Virus record (IMG/VR): IMGVR_UViG_3300005602_000003
Coordinates: 878-64,877 of that record
Length of the DNA stretch: 64,000 bases
Reading direction: 5' to 3' (one strand)
Source of the DNA: a virus
Taxonomy: Duplodnaviria; Caudoviricetes
In this document: piece by piece, positions 18,206 to 28,362 of the stretch
How positions within the stretch are numbered: the first letter of the stretch is position 1
How the letters are laid out: each line of letters starts with the position of its first letter
The notes under the pieces: model-generated
Database searches by the model: none
Told to the model about the DNA's origin: nothing
The model's input: only the letters and a program-made list of their open reading frames with translations
Position numbers and translations under genes: made by a program

Positions 18206-20017
18206 ATGCCAACCAAAGAACAGATCGAGGAAAAGGCGCAGAATATGTTCACGGCGACCGAAAAGCGTTTTGGCTGGAACGACCTTTGCGGCGCCACAAA
18301 GGGCGCTTGGCGCAGGCGCGCGGCAGCCGAATTTGGGATTAGCGGTAAAGAAAAAACCAGAAATGTTAGGGGCGCCCTTGGGAATGTCGCGCTTCCTAGA
18401 CTTAGGAAGAAATGAATATGATATCAATCAAGCCCACAAAGAAAATGATTGACGGCCTGAAATGGTTCCGAATTAAGGAGCCGGTCGCGTGGTTCCCGTG
18501 CGATGGAACCGCGCCCAGCCATATAATACGCAGGCGTCTCAAGACGATCGGATGGGTCGAGGAATGCGGAAAAGAGCCGGTGCGCGGTTTTTTCTCCGTT
18601 ACTCAGTTCCGGGTCAGCGAACTCGGCCTTCAAGTCCTGGCCGAGCATTCACAGTCATCACACGAATGAGGCCAAGATGGAAACCGTGATCGAGCAGTCC
18701 GAGAAGGTGCTTGAGGGTGGCCGCATCATCCAGGTGCAAACCGTTCGTCGAGATGATGGCACTGAGTTCCAGCGGGAACTTTACTATACCTGCTCAATCT
18801 GTGGTGCCACGAGCGATCGGCCATTCGCCCGATCCGCAATTAGCTGCATGCGATCCGAGTGCAGGGATTCATAGACGATGACACAGTGCCCATACGGTCA
18901 ATGCACGATGCGGAATCTTTGCAAGGGCTTCCACTGCGTTCGCCAAGCCCTTGAGGCTGACGGCTGGCGTCGAAAGGACGACGGCACGATCGAACGAATA
19001 CCCGACGCAGACGGTGAGAAGGAACCTTCGTGATGACACAGCGACCGATTGATGAACTTAGGGCCGCTGATGACTTCCGCAACTCACTTTGCGGGAGATC
19101 TGACGGAAATAGGCTCGGCGCCCCGGTCTGGCACGGATGGGCGATTTTCGACGCCTTCTTGGCCGGCATAGACTATGCGCGTCGCGTAGCAGACGGTGAG
19201 CGAGTGCCACAGGAGGGGAAAGATGGCTGAGCAAAAGGTGCTGACGGCAGCAATGGATAATCTCGATGCGTGGCGGCTCGGAGGGATCGCGAAGGAGGCC
19301 GGCGATCCGAACCGGAAGGACGTAGGCGATCCAATCGACCGCGGCCTGATCTTACTGCGCCTACTGACCGAGAAGGGCTACACGGTCACGGTGCAGATCA
19401 ACCCTCGCGCTGATACCTGATTTATGGAGCCCGACATGGTGTCAAATGCTGACGCGCGCTGCCCCTGCTGCGGCGCCCAAGAGCCCGACTGGAACGGCTC
19501 TCACGCCGATCCTGCATATTTCGAGCGCGACGCCGCTCTTGAGGCCAAGGACGCCGAACTCGCCAGCCTCAAGGAGGATGCCCGCGCGTCCAATGCGCTC
19601 GCTGCGGAGAATTTTGCGCGGGCAAAGAAGGCAGAGGCCGAGAACGCCAAGCTGCGGGCGGCGCTGGAGCCGCTATCGAAGGTGACGACTTGGCGCGACA
19701 CCTACCCGGACGCAGACCACGACAGGATTGTAAGTGCGCATCCGATAGAGTTGATGCACGTTCATGCAGCGAGAAAACTGCTCGCTTGTGAGCAGACTGC
19801 TACACAAGGAAAGGAATGAGCCGTGAATTTTCTTAGGGCTGACATTCTTTATGGCCAAGCATATCTACTCGCTAACAACGATGAAGTCTGGCGTGTTTTT
19901 ATCGGAGATCGTGGCTCGCCATTAATTGAGAGGCTGACACCATTGCAAAGGCGTGAGTGGGAGGCGGCATGTCTGGAATGGGATCAAACGCCACCGGGCC
20001 TTAGAAATGCTCGCTGA
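18206..20017 (+). CDS. Cluster of small hypothetical ORFs (18206-18415, 18412-18669, 18677-18874, 19030-19230, 19223-19420, 19424-19819, 19823-20017)
   Basis: Tightly packed co-oriented ORFs, several with overlapping start/stop codons; no recognisable motifs. Confidence 0.55.
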
Positions 20018-20032
20018 TGGGCAAACTGCTAC

Positions 20033-20416
20033 CTAAATTCTTCTCCAAGCAATCACGCCGTTTGTCGATCGAGGACGCGTGCGTACCGCGTTCCCGTCAT
20101 TTCCAGATATTGCCAGCACCATCCCGCGCGCCAGCACCTGGATCACTTGGAAAACGTGGTGCGGCAGAACCCCGATGATACCGGGCGCCGGGCCGCTTGC
20201 AGGATTGCCCACGCGTGCCCAGTTGCGTGCCAGTGCCAAACCTGGCGCTCGGATCCCGGTGTGTTGCTGCATCCAAATACCGCACCAGGGGAGGCCGTGT
20301 CCCCGATGGCCTGCCACGCGGTAGGCGTGGTGATGTCCGCCTGTCGGCGGATGATGCCTCGCAAGCGCGGGGCTAGCGCCAAGCACAACAAGCAACAAAA
20401 CGAGCAAAGTCTTCAT
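20033..20416 (-). CDS. Secreted CHAP-like Cys/His peptidase
   Basis: Signal peptide ending SPALA; PWCG, ARNW, HHV and ISGN motifs. Confidence 0.65.
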   Translation of the reverse strand: MKTLLVLLLVVLGASPALARHHPPTGGHHHAYRVAGHRGHGLPWCGIWMQQHTGIRAPGLALARNWARVGNPASGPAPGIIGVLPHHVFQVIQVLARGMVLAISGNDGNAVRTRPRSTNGVIAWRRI

Positions 20417-20497
20417 GATCAGCCTCCCAGCTTGAGGCTGCTAACCAAGATACAAAATGCGGTAGAAATGAGGCCCGCCTATCGGCGGGTAAACCCA

Positions 20498-20857
20498 CTA
20501 GTGAGTCAGATGCGCAAGCAGCGCCCAATGATCGATAGTCCACAGCACCCCTGAGCCAAGTGCGCCGATCACCATCCATCCGATCTTGCCAACTTTGGCG
20601 ATGCCTGTTGCTTCAACGCGCAAGTTATCGAGACGATCGACGGTGGGTTTCATCTGCCCAACGTCCTTTTTCAAATCTCGAACGTCGTAACTGACGGCTT
20701 GAAAATCGTGACTCAGATCTTCGATCTTATCGTAGATTACCTTGCGCCCCTCGGTCGCGTGGTGGTCTTGCGCCTTCCAGTGAGACTCAAAAGCTTCTAC
20801 TTTAGCCGCCAAGCCTGCTACCAGGCGATCGAGCTCGCGATACTCTCCGGGGGCCAT
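20498..20857 (-). CDS. Coiled-coil protein with C-terminal TM helix (lysis/holin region)
   Basis: Heptad region followed by GWMVIGALGSGVLW. Confidence 0.65.
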   Translation of the reverse strand: MAPGEYRELDRLVAGLAAKVEAFESHWKAQDHHATEGRKVIYDKIEDLSHDFQAVSYDVRDLKKDVGQMKPTVDRLDNLRVEATGIAKVGKIGWMVIGALGSGVLWTIDHWALLAHLTH

Positions 20858-20868
20858 TGGGAACTTTC

Positions 20869-21564
20869 TTATTGACTGCTCTTGGTCGCCTGGTCGAATC
20901 CTTGCAAAACGCCCTTGGCGTGTTCGGCCTCGCCTGTGACTTTGACCAGCGCATCTTTGATGCTGTTGGTATTCTGAGTCAACTCGTGGAGGTTGTTCGC
21001 GTTGCGCCGTGCCATGAAAAAACTTCCAAGAGCCACGAGGGCAAAGATGAGATCGGCGAGACCGCTCAACAGTTGCCCCAGGCTCTGCACGTCAGTCTCC
21101 CATAGGCAGCGGTTTGAGCACGATCACGAGCGCGAACGCGTTCTTGCCGGCGCTCGTGGTCTTGATCCTTGCGACCTGGTATCGGTACGGCCCGATTGAG
21201 AACGACACGTTTTCTCGCACGCCTGCTTGCGCGAGCGCGGCCGATGCCCCGGCGACGCTCAGCGGCGGGCTGACTTGCCCCGCGGTCGCGGGACAGGTTG
21301 CCAGAAGGAATAGAAAAGCCCACCTCACGTCGTCGTGGTCCCGTCGTCAGCCGGGAGCGGTTGCTGCAACTGAGCGCTCAAAGCCGCCAAGTTGGTTTGC
21401 AGCGTAGTGATCTGGGCCGCTGTGACCGTCGTGCCTTCGAACAAGCTGTAGATCAGTTGCGCGAACGGTTCCGCGTCCTCGGCGGCAGTGATGACCGTAG
21501 GCCCAATCTGGACCGCCTCGCTGATGACCGACGCGATGGCGGCAAGAATTGTCGTGGGATCCAT
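20869..21564 (-). CDS. Three small lysis-region ORFs (20869-21090, 21092-21328, 21325-21564)
   Basis: Closely packed small ORFs with hydrophobic N-termini. Confidence 0.55.
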
Positions 21565-21597
21565 GGGAAAGTGCTCCTGTTTTTCTGTATGACAGCT

Positions 21598-21978
21598 TCA
21601 GTGGATGCCGTAAGCGGCTTCGATCGCCTGGAACCCGGCGAGCGCACTTTCGGCAGCCGTGATGACGGCGGATGCGCTAAGTGTCGGATTGGCGGCCACG
21701 AACGCATTGGCGGCCTGAATGGCGTTCTCGGCCGTGAGATCGGCGGCCTGCAGCTTGAGGATAATGCTGCGCTGGGCGCAGACGGCTGTCACGGTCGACA
21801 CCGTCCCGGTCCTGCAGAGCGGCAGGTTCCGGTAGGCCACCGCCGCCGAGAGCGCGATGCCGTAGGCACTTTCGACACCGCCGAGCTGGTTGTAATTGAT
21901 CGGGTTCTGAATCTCGCCCGACAAGAGAGCGCACCCGCCTACGGCGGGCAGGAGGAGCAAGGCCAGGAGCTTGCGCAT
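21598..21978 (-). CDS. Lipoprotein (spanin-like candidate)
   Basis: MRKLLALLLLPAVGGC lipobox. Confidence 0.7.
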   Translation of the reverse strand: MRKLLALLLLPAVGGCALLSGEIQNPINYNQLGGVESAYGIALSAAVAYRNLPLCRTGTVSTVTAVCAQRSIILKLQAADLTAENAIQAANAFVAANPTLSASAVITAAESALAGFQAIEAAYGIH

Positions 21979-21991
21979 AGGAGGTGTCCTT

Positions 21992-22297
21992 TCAGGGTTT
22001 CTTGGTGACGGTCGTGTCGATCGTCGAGGTGACGAGGGTCGAGGGGGCGGCATCCGCCACGAGCGGATCGTGGACCACGATGGCGGCCACCTGCCCGGTG
22101 GCGGCGAGCTCGTTGATCTTGGCCATGAGGCGGTTGCCGTAGAGGGACCACAGGAAGGTCCCGACTCCCACGGCAACGCCCGCGTAGGGCGCCCAGGTGG
22201 CGCTGGTGCCGAAACCGGCGTTGATCAGGGCGCCTGACAGGAGCGCGAACGCGAAGCGGATGTAGCGCTGGATGTCGGCCGATGAAGGGGCGTCCAT
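21992..22297 (-). CDS. Putative holin
   Basis: Two TM helices, 101 aa, GGAG RBS, lies upstream of the lipoprotein gene. Confidence 0.6.
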   Translation of the reverse strand: MDAPSSADIQRYIRFAFALLSGALINAGFGTSATWAPYAGVAVGVGTFLWSLYGNRLMAKINELAATGQVAAIVVHDPLVADAAPSTLVTSTIDTTVTKKP

Positions 22298-22395
22298 GAG
22301 TGTCTCCGTTTCGCCTTTGTGCCATAATTCGAGGCGGGTTGTAAACCGGCTTTACCGACAAGCTCGTCACAGCGCGGCGGTCAGCGGCGGGCTCC

Positions 22396-25014
22396 CTACC
22401 CCACCATCGGGAGGAACATCGGCGTGTTGTCGTTGGCTGCGGGGGCGAAGTCGCGTTTGAGCAGGAAGTTAAATTGCGCAAAGCCATAGTAGAGCTGGTA
22501 GGGTGTCGAATTTGGCAATGCCGCCGACAGCAGCGAATATTGACCGCCCCCAGGGAGCACTAGATGTGACGGCACCTTGGAATGAGGGAACAAGCTCGGG
22601 TTTACAAACTGCCCAAAATACGAAGCCATGAATGGTATTCCGTAGTTGACGGCAGGCGAAGCGCTGTTTTTCCACGCGAGCAATCCAGCCTGCAACGCAG
22701 TGTTTGCTGCGGCGCCTGTCCCGCTGCCAGGAGGAACCAAAACCCCAATATTTGTTAGCGTAGTTGCACTTGGCGTCACTGGTTGCGGGGCGCCCTCATA
22801 CCACTCGACCCGCAACGAAACCATTCCTGCTGGTCTTTGGCTATCGAATCCCTCTGCGATCGCTTCCCATGCAGGAAGAATTTCAGACAATAATCCGATC
22901 AAACTGGTTGCATTCGCCGGACCGACCGAAGTGACCCCGGTCCCCGGGCTGACACTTATTGGCGTCGAACCACAGCCACCGTTCGACGCGAATGCGGCAA
23001 TCTGGAATGTCATCGTGGTTACATTAACGAAGCAGTATCCCGTACCCGCCGTGAGTCCGTTGCACACCGTACCGCCAGTCGCTTGAAACACCGCGATCAT
23101 ATTATTGGCGCTGCCAGTTTGAATCGTGGATGTCGCTGAGTAACCATGCGCCGCTGACGTGCTGAATGTGGTTCCTGTCGGGCATGAGAACGTCGTGGCC
23201 GTGCCGGAATTGTACGTCAACGCAGCGACCGTACCCTGTCGAAAGTCATTATCCAGAGACGCGAGTGAGGTGGGATCGCTCGCATTGGACGCGAATGCAG
23301 TTGCTAGTGTTTGTAAAAATGACGCATTGTTGGCAGTTGCCGTGGTGCCCCCGTTAGAGCTTTGGTCGCTGAAATTTGTCCCGGCGGTATAGGGCGCGTA
23401 CCCAATAACATCGACCACGTCGATGGGCCTATTTGGGAAGGTGGTGTAATCGGCGCTCCCGGTGTAGGCACTATAAACGGCGTTTCCTATACCCGTGCTC
23501 GTACCAGATGGCGCCAAATCGTATCCACCCATGCGCCACTTTACCGTCGTCGGCGGATTGGCCTCCGCCTGGGACATCAAGGTCCGACGAACTCTGGACA
23601 TTTGACCAGAACATGCGGCCGGGATGAGCGATCCCATGATCTGAGCAACACGTATTCCGTAGAAATCGTTGTACGGCTGGTTGTTCGCGTTCGGGAATCC
23701 CATCGCCAGACCGCGCTGGAAGGCCCACTGCGTCTCGGGGAAGCCGAAATTCCACAGTTCGTTGGTATATTCCGGCTCATAGAACAGTGTCGATTTCAGG
23801 TTTCCACAGACATACGCCGCCTCCTGCGTTATATAGTTGTTGTTTGCAAGATACGGAATTGTTGCCCACAGATTGACGTTGAGTCCGTTCGCCATGCTAA
23901 CTTGGGCCTCGATCGGAATTGTCCCCGTCAGGCCCCCGGCTTGATATAGCCATTTATTGAGGACGCCGTCGAAAATGAAGGTTGCGTTTCCCACAGCAAC
24001 CGCAGATGCAGACGGCGCGAGGGCGAACATCGTGACGATTGGATACGCAACCCCCCCAACGCATAGCATCGGGGATGTGGTCGTGTTGGCCGAAGACAGC
24101 GAGCCCTGTATTACCGACCCATCACTAGGGGTGCCAGGAGTGTCCGTCGTTGGAGCGGCAGTATATAGCTCTAAACTCCCGCCGGTAGCAGAACAGCCTC
24201 CGCTGCTTGTACTGGAATAGGTAATACTGGAGGACTGAACAGACGGCGGAAAGCGAGGCGAGGTCCAACTCAGGCTGGAAAGCGTAGACCGATAAGCCCA
24301 TTGAACGTCTGTCGATAATCCGGCCGGTCCCGCATCGACCCATCCCATTGGCCGAATGGCTTGTGCGTGAGCACCTTGAAGCGCGGCAATCTGCTCTGGC
24401 GTAAACAAGCCGCGATAATCAACCGCAGGCCCATAAGTGGTATACGCCGTCACATCACTGGCTCTGACGATAGCGAGGCTCGCGGTGCCTGCTGCGCCAT
24501 AGCTTCCGGCGCCGGGAAATTGCAAAGAAAACGTCGATGTTGTCCACGTCATAGAGCCAGCACCGGCCCCACTAATCGTCAGCGTCACATTACCGCCGGT
24601 GCAACCCGACACGCTTCCGCCGGTTCCCGTCAACGAGCAAGACGAGTTTGTTCCGAGATTCACTATTTGAAGTTGCGTTCCCGCCGTCCAGATCGCCGTG
24701 TATTGCGTGCCGGTCCAGAACGTATTGTTGAACGTGATGCTCACAAGCCCTGTAAACGACTGCGTTGGGTAGCCGTTTGCGTCGAGCGCGGCCGTCTGGG
24801 GAGTTGCACCTCCGCTAAATCCCTCTGATCCTACATGCAAAATGTTGATGAAGTCCGCCGGGATCAAATCCCCGCCGCCGAGATTGAGTTGCGCAAACCC
24901 GGAAGCCCCCACAGGCAATCCATGAGGCGGCCATGCATCTGCGTTTGCGCAGCAAACGATCGCTGCTATTTGAAACAGCCTTATCAGGAATGCGTTAAAC
25001 TTAAAATGCATCAT
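22396..25014 (-). CDS. Large exported-type appendage/depolymerase with glycoside-hydrolase-like domain
   Basis: Signal-like N-terminus; IRPMGW, NLWATIPY and YEPEYTNELWNFGF (EYSNEVWN-type GH motif); WYEG; Ser/Thr/Gly-rich. Confidence 0.65.
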   Translation of the reverse strand: MMHFKFNAFLIRLFQIAAIVCCANADAWPPHGLPVGASGFAQLNLGGGDLIPADFINILHVGSEGFSGGATPQTAALDANGYPTQSFTGLVSITFNNTFWTGTQYTAIWTAGTQLQIVNLGTNSSCSLTGTGGSVSGCTGGNVTLTISGAGAGSMTWTTSTFSLQFPGAGSYGAAGTASLAIVRASDVTAYTTYGPAVDYRGLFTPEQIAALQGAHAQAIRPMGWVDAGPAGLSTDVQWAYRSTLSSLSWTSPRFPPSVQSSSITYSSTSSGGCSATGGSLELYTAAPTTDTPGTPSDGSVIQGSLSSANTTTSPMLCVGGVAYPIVTMFALAPSASAVAVGNATFIFDGVLNKWLYQAGGLTGTIPIEAQVSMANGLNVNLWATIPYLANNNYITQEAAYVCGNLKSTLFYEPEYTNELWNFGFPETQWAFQRGLAMGFPNANNQPYNDFYGIRVAQIMGSLIPAACSGQMSRVRRTLMSQAEANPPTTVKWRMGGYDLAPSGTSTGIGNAVYSAYTGSADYTTFPNRPIDVVDVIGYAPYTAGTNFSDQSSNGGTTATANNASFLQTLATAFASNASDPTSLASLDNDFRQGTVAALTYNSGTATTFSCPTGTTFSTSAAHGYSATSTIQTGSANNMIAVFQATGGTVCNGLTAGTGYCFVNVTTMTFQIAAFASNGGCGSTPISVSPGTGVTSVGPANATSLIGLLSEILPAWEAIAEGFDSQRPAGMVSLRVEWYEGAPQPVTPSATTLTNIGVLVPPGSGTGAAANTALQAGLLAWKNSASPAVNYGIPFMASYFGQFVNPSLFPHSKVPSHLVLPGGGQYSLLSAALPNSTPYQLYYGFAQFNFLLKRDFAPAANDNTPMFLPMVG

Positions 25015-25015
25015 C

Positions 25016-26353
25016 TTAGTGGCGTCGCTTCAATTCTTCAATTTGGGCCTGTTGTTCTTGAATCGCGCGCACCAGCAACGGTATCAAGCCGACAAGATCG
25101 ATCCCATTCGGAGTTCCATCCGCGTCGTATCTAGCGAGTTTTGGCAGTACCGCAGCAAAATTCTCCGCAAGAAACCCATATTGCAGCCGCGCTCCGTTGT
25201 CGCCAAATCCCTGCTTGTAAAAATAGTTTCCTGGCGTCAGATCGGCTATCTTGGCCAGCGCACTATCAATCGGCCTCCAATCACGTTTGGCCGCCGCCAT
25301 AGACGATGTCCCGAGACAAATTCCAAGAGTCCCGCTTCCAGCGTACAACTGGCCGGCCGTTGAGTTCCAGCAAAGAGTATTATCAGTTTGTGCGGCGTCG
25401 CTCGTAAGCGCTGGCATTTGGACTGTCTGCGTCCCACCCTTTAGTATCAGAGCGGTTGCCAGGGTATTTTGAGTACCGGAGGCCGCGCTGCTCAACGTCG
25501 TCTTAAACACTACATCCCCGCCGCCTGAGCCGTTGCTTTTTGACCCAGCGACGGTGAACGTTGCGCCAGCGACGTTGGTATTGCCGGCTGATACAGATTG
25601 GGGCTGAATCGTTTGGGCAACAGGAGAGGCCGCATCAGAGGCACCAAACTGAAGCGTAGCGTTCACGGGGGATGTGATAATAGTGCTGCCATTGCGCAGG
25701 CCGTAGCCGCCGCTCGTGTTGGTGAGATTTATCGCCCCACCAGCGCTGCTTGAACTGGACGTGATATTACCGCTCACTCCTATCGAAGACCCAAACGTCC
25801 AACTGCCTCCCGCGGTTATTCCGAAATCGAGTTGGTTTGTTCCTCCAACCAAAACTTCAACATTTCTTGTTGATCCAGTCCCGCCCTTTTGAGTTCCGAT
25901 CGTCAGGACGTTCGTCACGTCCTTAAACCCAAAGACGCCCCGCTCATAGTTGGTGGGGCCCGTCACTGTATCGACCGTGTTGTAAGTATAAAATTCAGAC
26001 GCGGTCGTGCTGTCGGATAAAGCCAACGTGCCCACCCCGGCCCGATTCAGGAAAGTGTCCGAGTTCCAGTTTACGGAAGACCCAGAAACGACAATTACCG
26101 CCGATGATGCCCAGCTACTTCCATCAGGAAAGGTGACTGTCCCGGTAAAGGTGGGAGACGCTGACGTAAACGTCTTCATCGCACTCGGCGTTGTCGTGAC
26201 CGCTGGGTTGGCAGTTTGAAACATCGGAATTTGCTCGGTCCCGCCAAGAGCTGAACCTGCGCTCAGAGCATTAATTGTGGAATCGGCCAATGCAGGGCTT
26301 ATAGTGAAAACGGCAAGGAAGGCGGCTATAGTGATTTTCATGGTTGATCTCAC
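25016..26353 (-). CDS. Tail fibre/spike with C-terminal intramolecular chaperone (peptidase S74-like)
   Basis: TSS...KRD...YGFLAE...P...LIPLLVRAIQEQQAQIEELK; signal peptide ending SPALA. Confidence 0.85.
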   Translation of the reverse strand: MRSTMKITIAAFLAVFTISPALADSTINALSAGSALGGTEQIPMFQTANPAVTTTPSAMKTFTSASPTFTGTVTFPDGSSWASSAVIVVSGSSVNWNSDTFLNRAGVGTLALSDSTTASEFYTYNTVDTVTGPTNYERGVFGFKDVTNVLTIGTQKGGTGSTRNVEVLVGGTNQLDFGITAGGSWTFGSSIGVSGNITSSSSSAGGAINLTNTSGGYGLRNGSTIITSPVNATLQFGASDAASPVAQTIQPQSVSAGNTNVAGATFTVAGSKSNGSGGGDVVFKTTLSSAASGTQNTLATALILKGGTQTVQMPALTSDAAQTDNTLCWNSTAGQLYAGSGTLGICLGTSSMAAAKRDWRPIDSALAKIADLTPGNYFYKQGFGDNGARLQYGFLAENFAAVLPKLARYDADGTPNGIDLVGLIPLLVRAIQEQQAQIEELKRRH

Positions 26354-26574
26354 TTGATTAGGAATTTCGAGCCGGTATTAACGAGCAGCGCTGAACCAGT
26401 GTTGGCCAAAAGGAAGTTGGTGCCCCCACTCGGGCCACCTCCCACCCCACACAGCATCATCCCGCATTGCGCCTTGACGTGCGTAGGCGCAGACAGGAAC
26501 ACCCCCAGGATGGCGACCAGGAGCCATGCCGAGAGGGCGACCGGGGCTAGGGCGAGGATGGCGCGGCGCATCAT
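26350..26574 (-). CDS. Small signal/TM protein with LLxNTGS repeat
   Basis: Long hydrophobic N-terminus; FLLANTGSALLVNTGSKFLI. Confidence 0.6.
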   Translation of the reverse strand: MMRRAILALAPVALSAWLLVAILGVFLSAPTHVKAQCGMMLCGVGGGPSGGTNFLLANTGSALLVNTGSKFLIK

Positions 26575-26608
26575 AGGCCCCCGATGAGTGACGGATGGGG
26601 CATCACGG

Positions 26609-27706
26609 CTATAGCTGGACGTAGGTTAGATTCCCGGACACATAGACGTTCGTGCCGTTGACCATGCAGAACTCGGCGGAAGCTGCACCCTTTGCGATGG
26701 TTCCGGAACCGTTACCGTAGGTCTCGCCGCCGTTTGCGGCGTATGACATGCTGTTGGCGACGTTGGTGGTCGTACTGCCGATGACTGCCGCATTATTGGT
26801 CGCACACGCAGTTCCGGTCCCGGTCGTAAAAGCCACCGTCGTCGCCCCGGCGACCACGTAATGGAGCGCGCAAACATAGATTGTCGTTGAGCCGGACAGA
26901 GCAACGAGTTGTACGGACGAAGTGCCATTTGTGGTGAAGGCCACATTGGTTTTATTGCCATACGCGCACGGATCGTTGCTCACATAGCCAATGAGATTGC
27001 ACGGGCTACTCGTGCAAGCTGGAATTTGAGAGGCGATTAAGGTTGCGAGATTGGAACCGTTCGGTGCGTCGATATGCAAATTCGCGCTGCTGTCGATTTC
27101 CGCATTTTGCACAGTGCCGGTTGCGCCGCCATTCTGTGTTCCCCCCAGCAGCACCGGAGGATTGGCGGCTGCGCTACCGGCTGCCGTGGGGCCAAAGACG
27201 GCACCGGAGGAACCGGAGCCACCGCCGCCTCCACCCGAGCCCGTAGGCAGGCCCGAACCGCCCACCATGTTGACGGTAGTGGTCGAGGTCGACGTGATGC
27301 AGGTGAGCTGCGTGTTGGTGCCGACCGTGAACCCAAACCAGCTATTGGGCGGAATTGGTTGATCGCTAGTCGTAGCCGACGCGCCAAGCTTGCAATACGC
27401 TACGTTGGTGGCCCCGGCGTTGCTGGCCACCACCTCGGCGCCGGCCGGGAGAGTGCCGGTGACGCCGCCGGTCGTAACCGAAATCGGAGTGCCGGTGGTC
27501 TGGGTCGTGCCAGGAAAGCCCGTGATCGAAGCCGAAACCGACGCGCTTACGTATAGCGGATTACCCGAGGCGCAAGGCGCCCACTGGGGGTTCGTCGGCC
27601 CCTGGTAGCAGTAGAGGTTGACTTGTTGCGCTTGCGCCGGAGTCAACCCGCCGCAGGCGGGCAGGAACCAGAGCAGCCCTAGGACTCCGAATACCAGCTT
27701 GCGCAT
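26609..27706 (-). CDS. Ser/Thr/Gly-rich appendage protein with signal peptide
   Basis: True start is MRKLVFGVLGLLWFL...AQAQ (ATG 27706, GAGGA RBS); paired Cys residues. Confidence 0.75.
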   Translation of the reverse strand: MRKLVFGVLGLLWFLPACGGLTPAQAQQVNLYCYQGPTNPQWAPCASGNPLYVSASVSASITGFPGTTQTTGTPISVTTGGVTGTLPAGAEVVASNAGATNVAYCKLGASATTSDQPIPPNSWFGFTVGTNTQLTCITSTSTTTVNMVGGSGLPTGSGGGGGGSGSSGAVFGPTAAGSAAANPPVLLGGTQNGGATGTVQNAEIDSSANLHIDAPNGSNLATLIASQIPACTSSPCNLIGYVSNDPCAYGNKTNVAFTTNGTSSVQLVALSGSTTIYVCALHYVVAGATTVAFTTGTGTACATNNAAVIGSTTTNVANSMSYAANGGETYGNGSGTIAKGAASAEFCMVNGTNVYVSGNLTYVQL

Positions 27707-27717
27707 CGCGCTTCCTC

Positions 27718-28356
27718 TCAGATCGCCCATTGGGCCTTCAACTCGTCGACCGTCATCGGGTCCACGATCGTATTGTTGTCGACGTTGCCGACGATGCCCG
27801 GCACCGTATGCGGCCCGGGGCCGAACGAGTCGCCGTTGTTCTGCCAGAGCCAAGGTGCCTGCCAGCTCTCCTGGACGGTCCAGGTCCTGCTGTACTGCGC
27901 GAGCCACAGCCGGTGCTTGCCAAAATACGGGTCGTTGCCGTCGATCTTCTCCTTGGCGATATTGCCCGAGTAGATCACCGGCATGCGGCCGAGCTTGTCC
28001 TCGATGCGCTCGCAGAAGGCGCGTGCGCTCGACGCCGATGGCGCCGAGCCGTCCGACAGGCTCTCCCAGTCGAGTGCCACCAAGGTCGCGGCATCCGGCT
28101 TGGCGCACGACAGGAAGAAGTCGGCCTCCCCGGCTCCGCCGCCGTGATAGAAGTGGTAGGCGCCCCACAGCAAACCCGCCTTGAGCCCGAACGGCCGCCG
28201 GATCGTGTACATGGCATCGACGTGCCCGGTGCCTTCGCTGGCCTTGTGGATCACGCCGACGTAGCCGGCGCCTGCCACGGCCACGAAGTCGATCGGTTGG
28301 GGCACACTCGAATTGTCGCCCGCGTAGATGTCGATGACGAGAGGCTTATTGGGCAT
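27718..28356 (-). CDS. GH25 muramidase (endolysin)
   Basis: VIDIY, HKASEG, GAYHF, ALDWE, LWLAQY, WLWQ. Confidence 0.92.
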   Translation of the reverse strand: MPNKPLVIDIYAGDNSSVPQPIDFVAVAGAGYVGVIHKASEGTGHVDAMYTIRRPFGLKAGLLWGAYHFYHGGGAGEADFFLSCAKPDAATLVALDWESLSDGSAPSASSARAFCERIEDKLGRMPVIYSGNIAKEKIDGNDPYFGKHRLWLAQYSRTWTVQESWQAPWLWQNNGDSFGPGPHTVPGIVGNVDNNTIVDPMTVDELKAQWAI

Positions 28357-28362
28357 GAGGAT

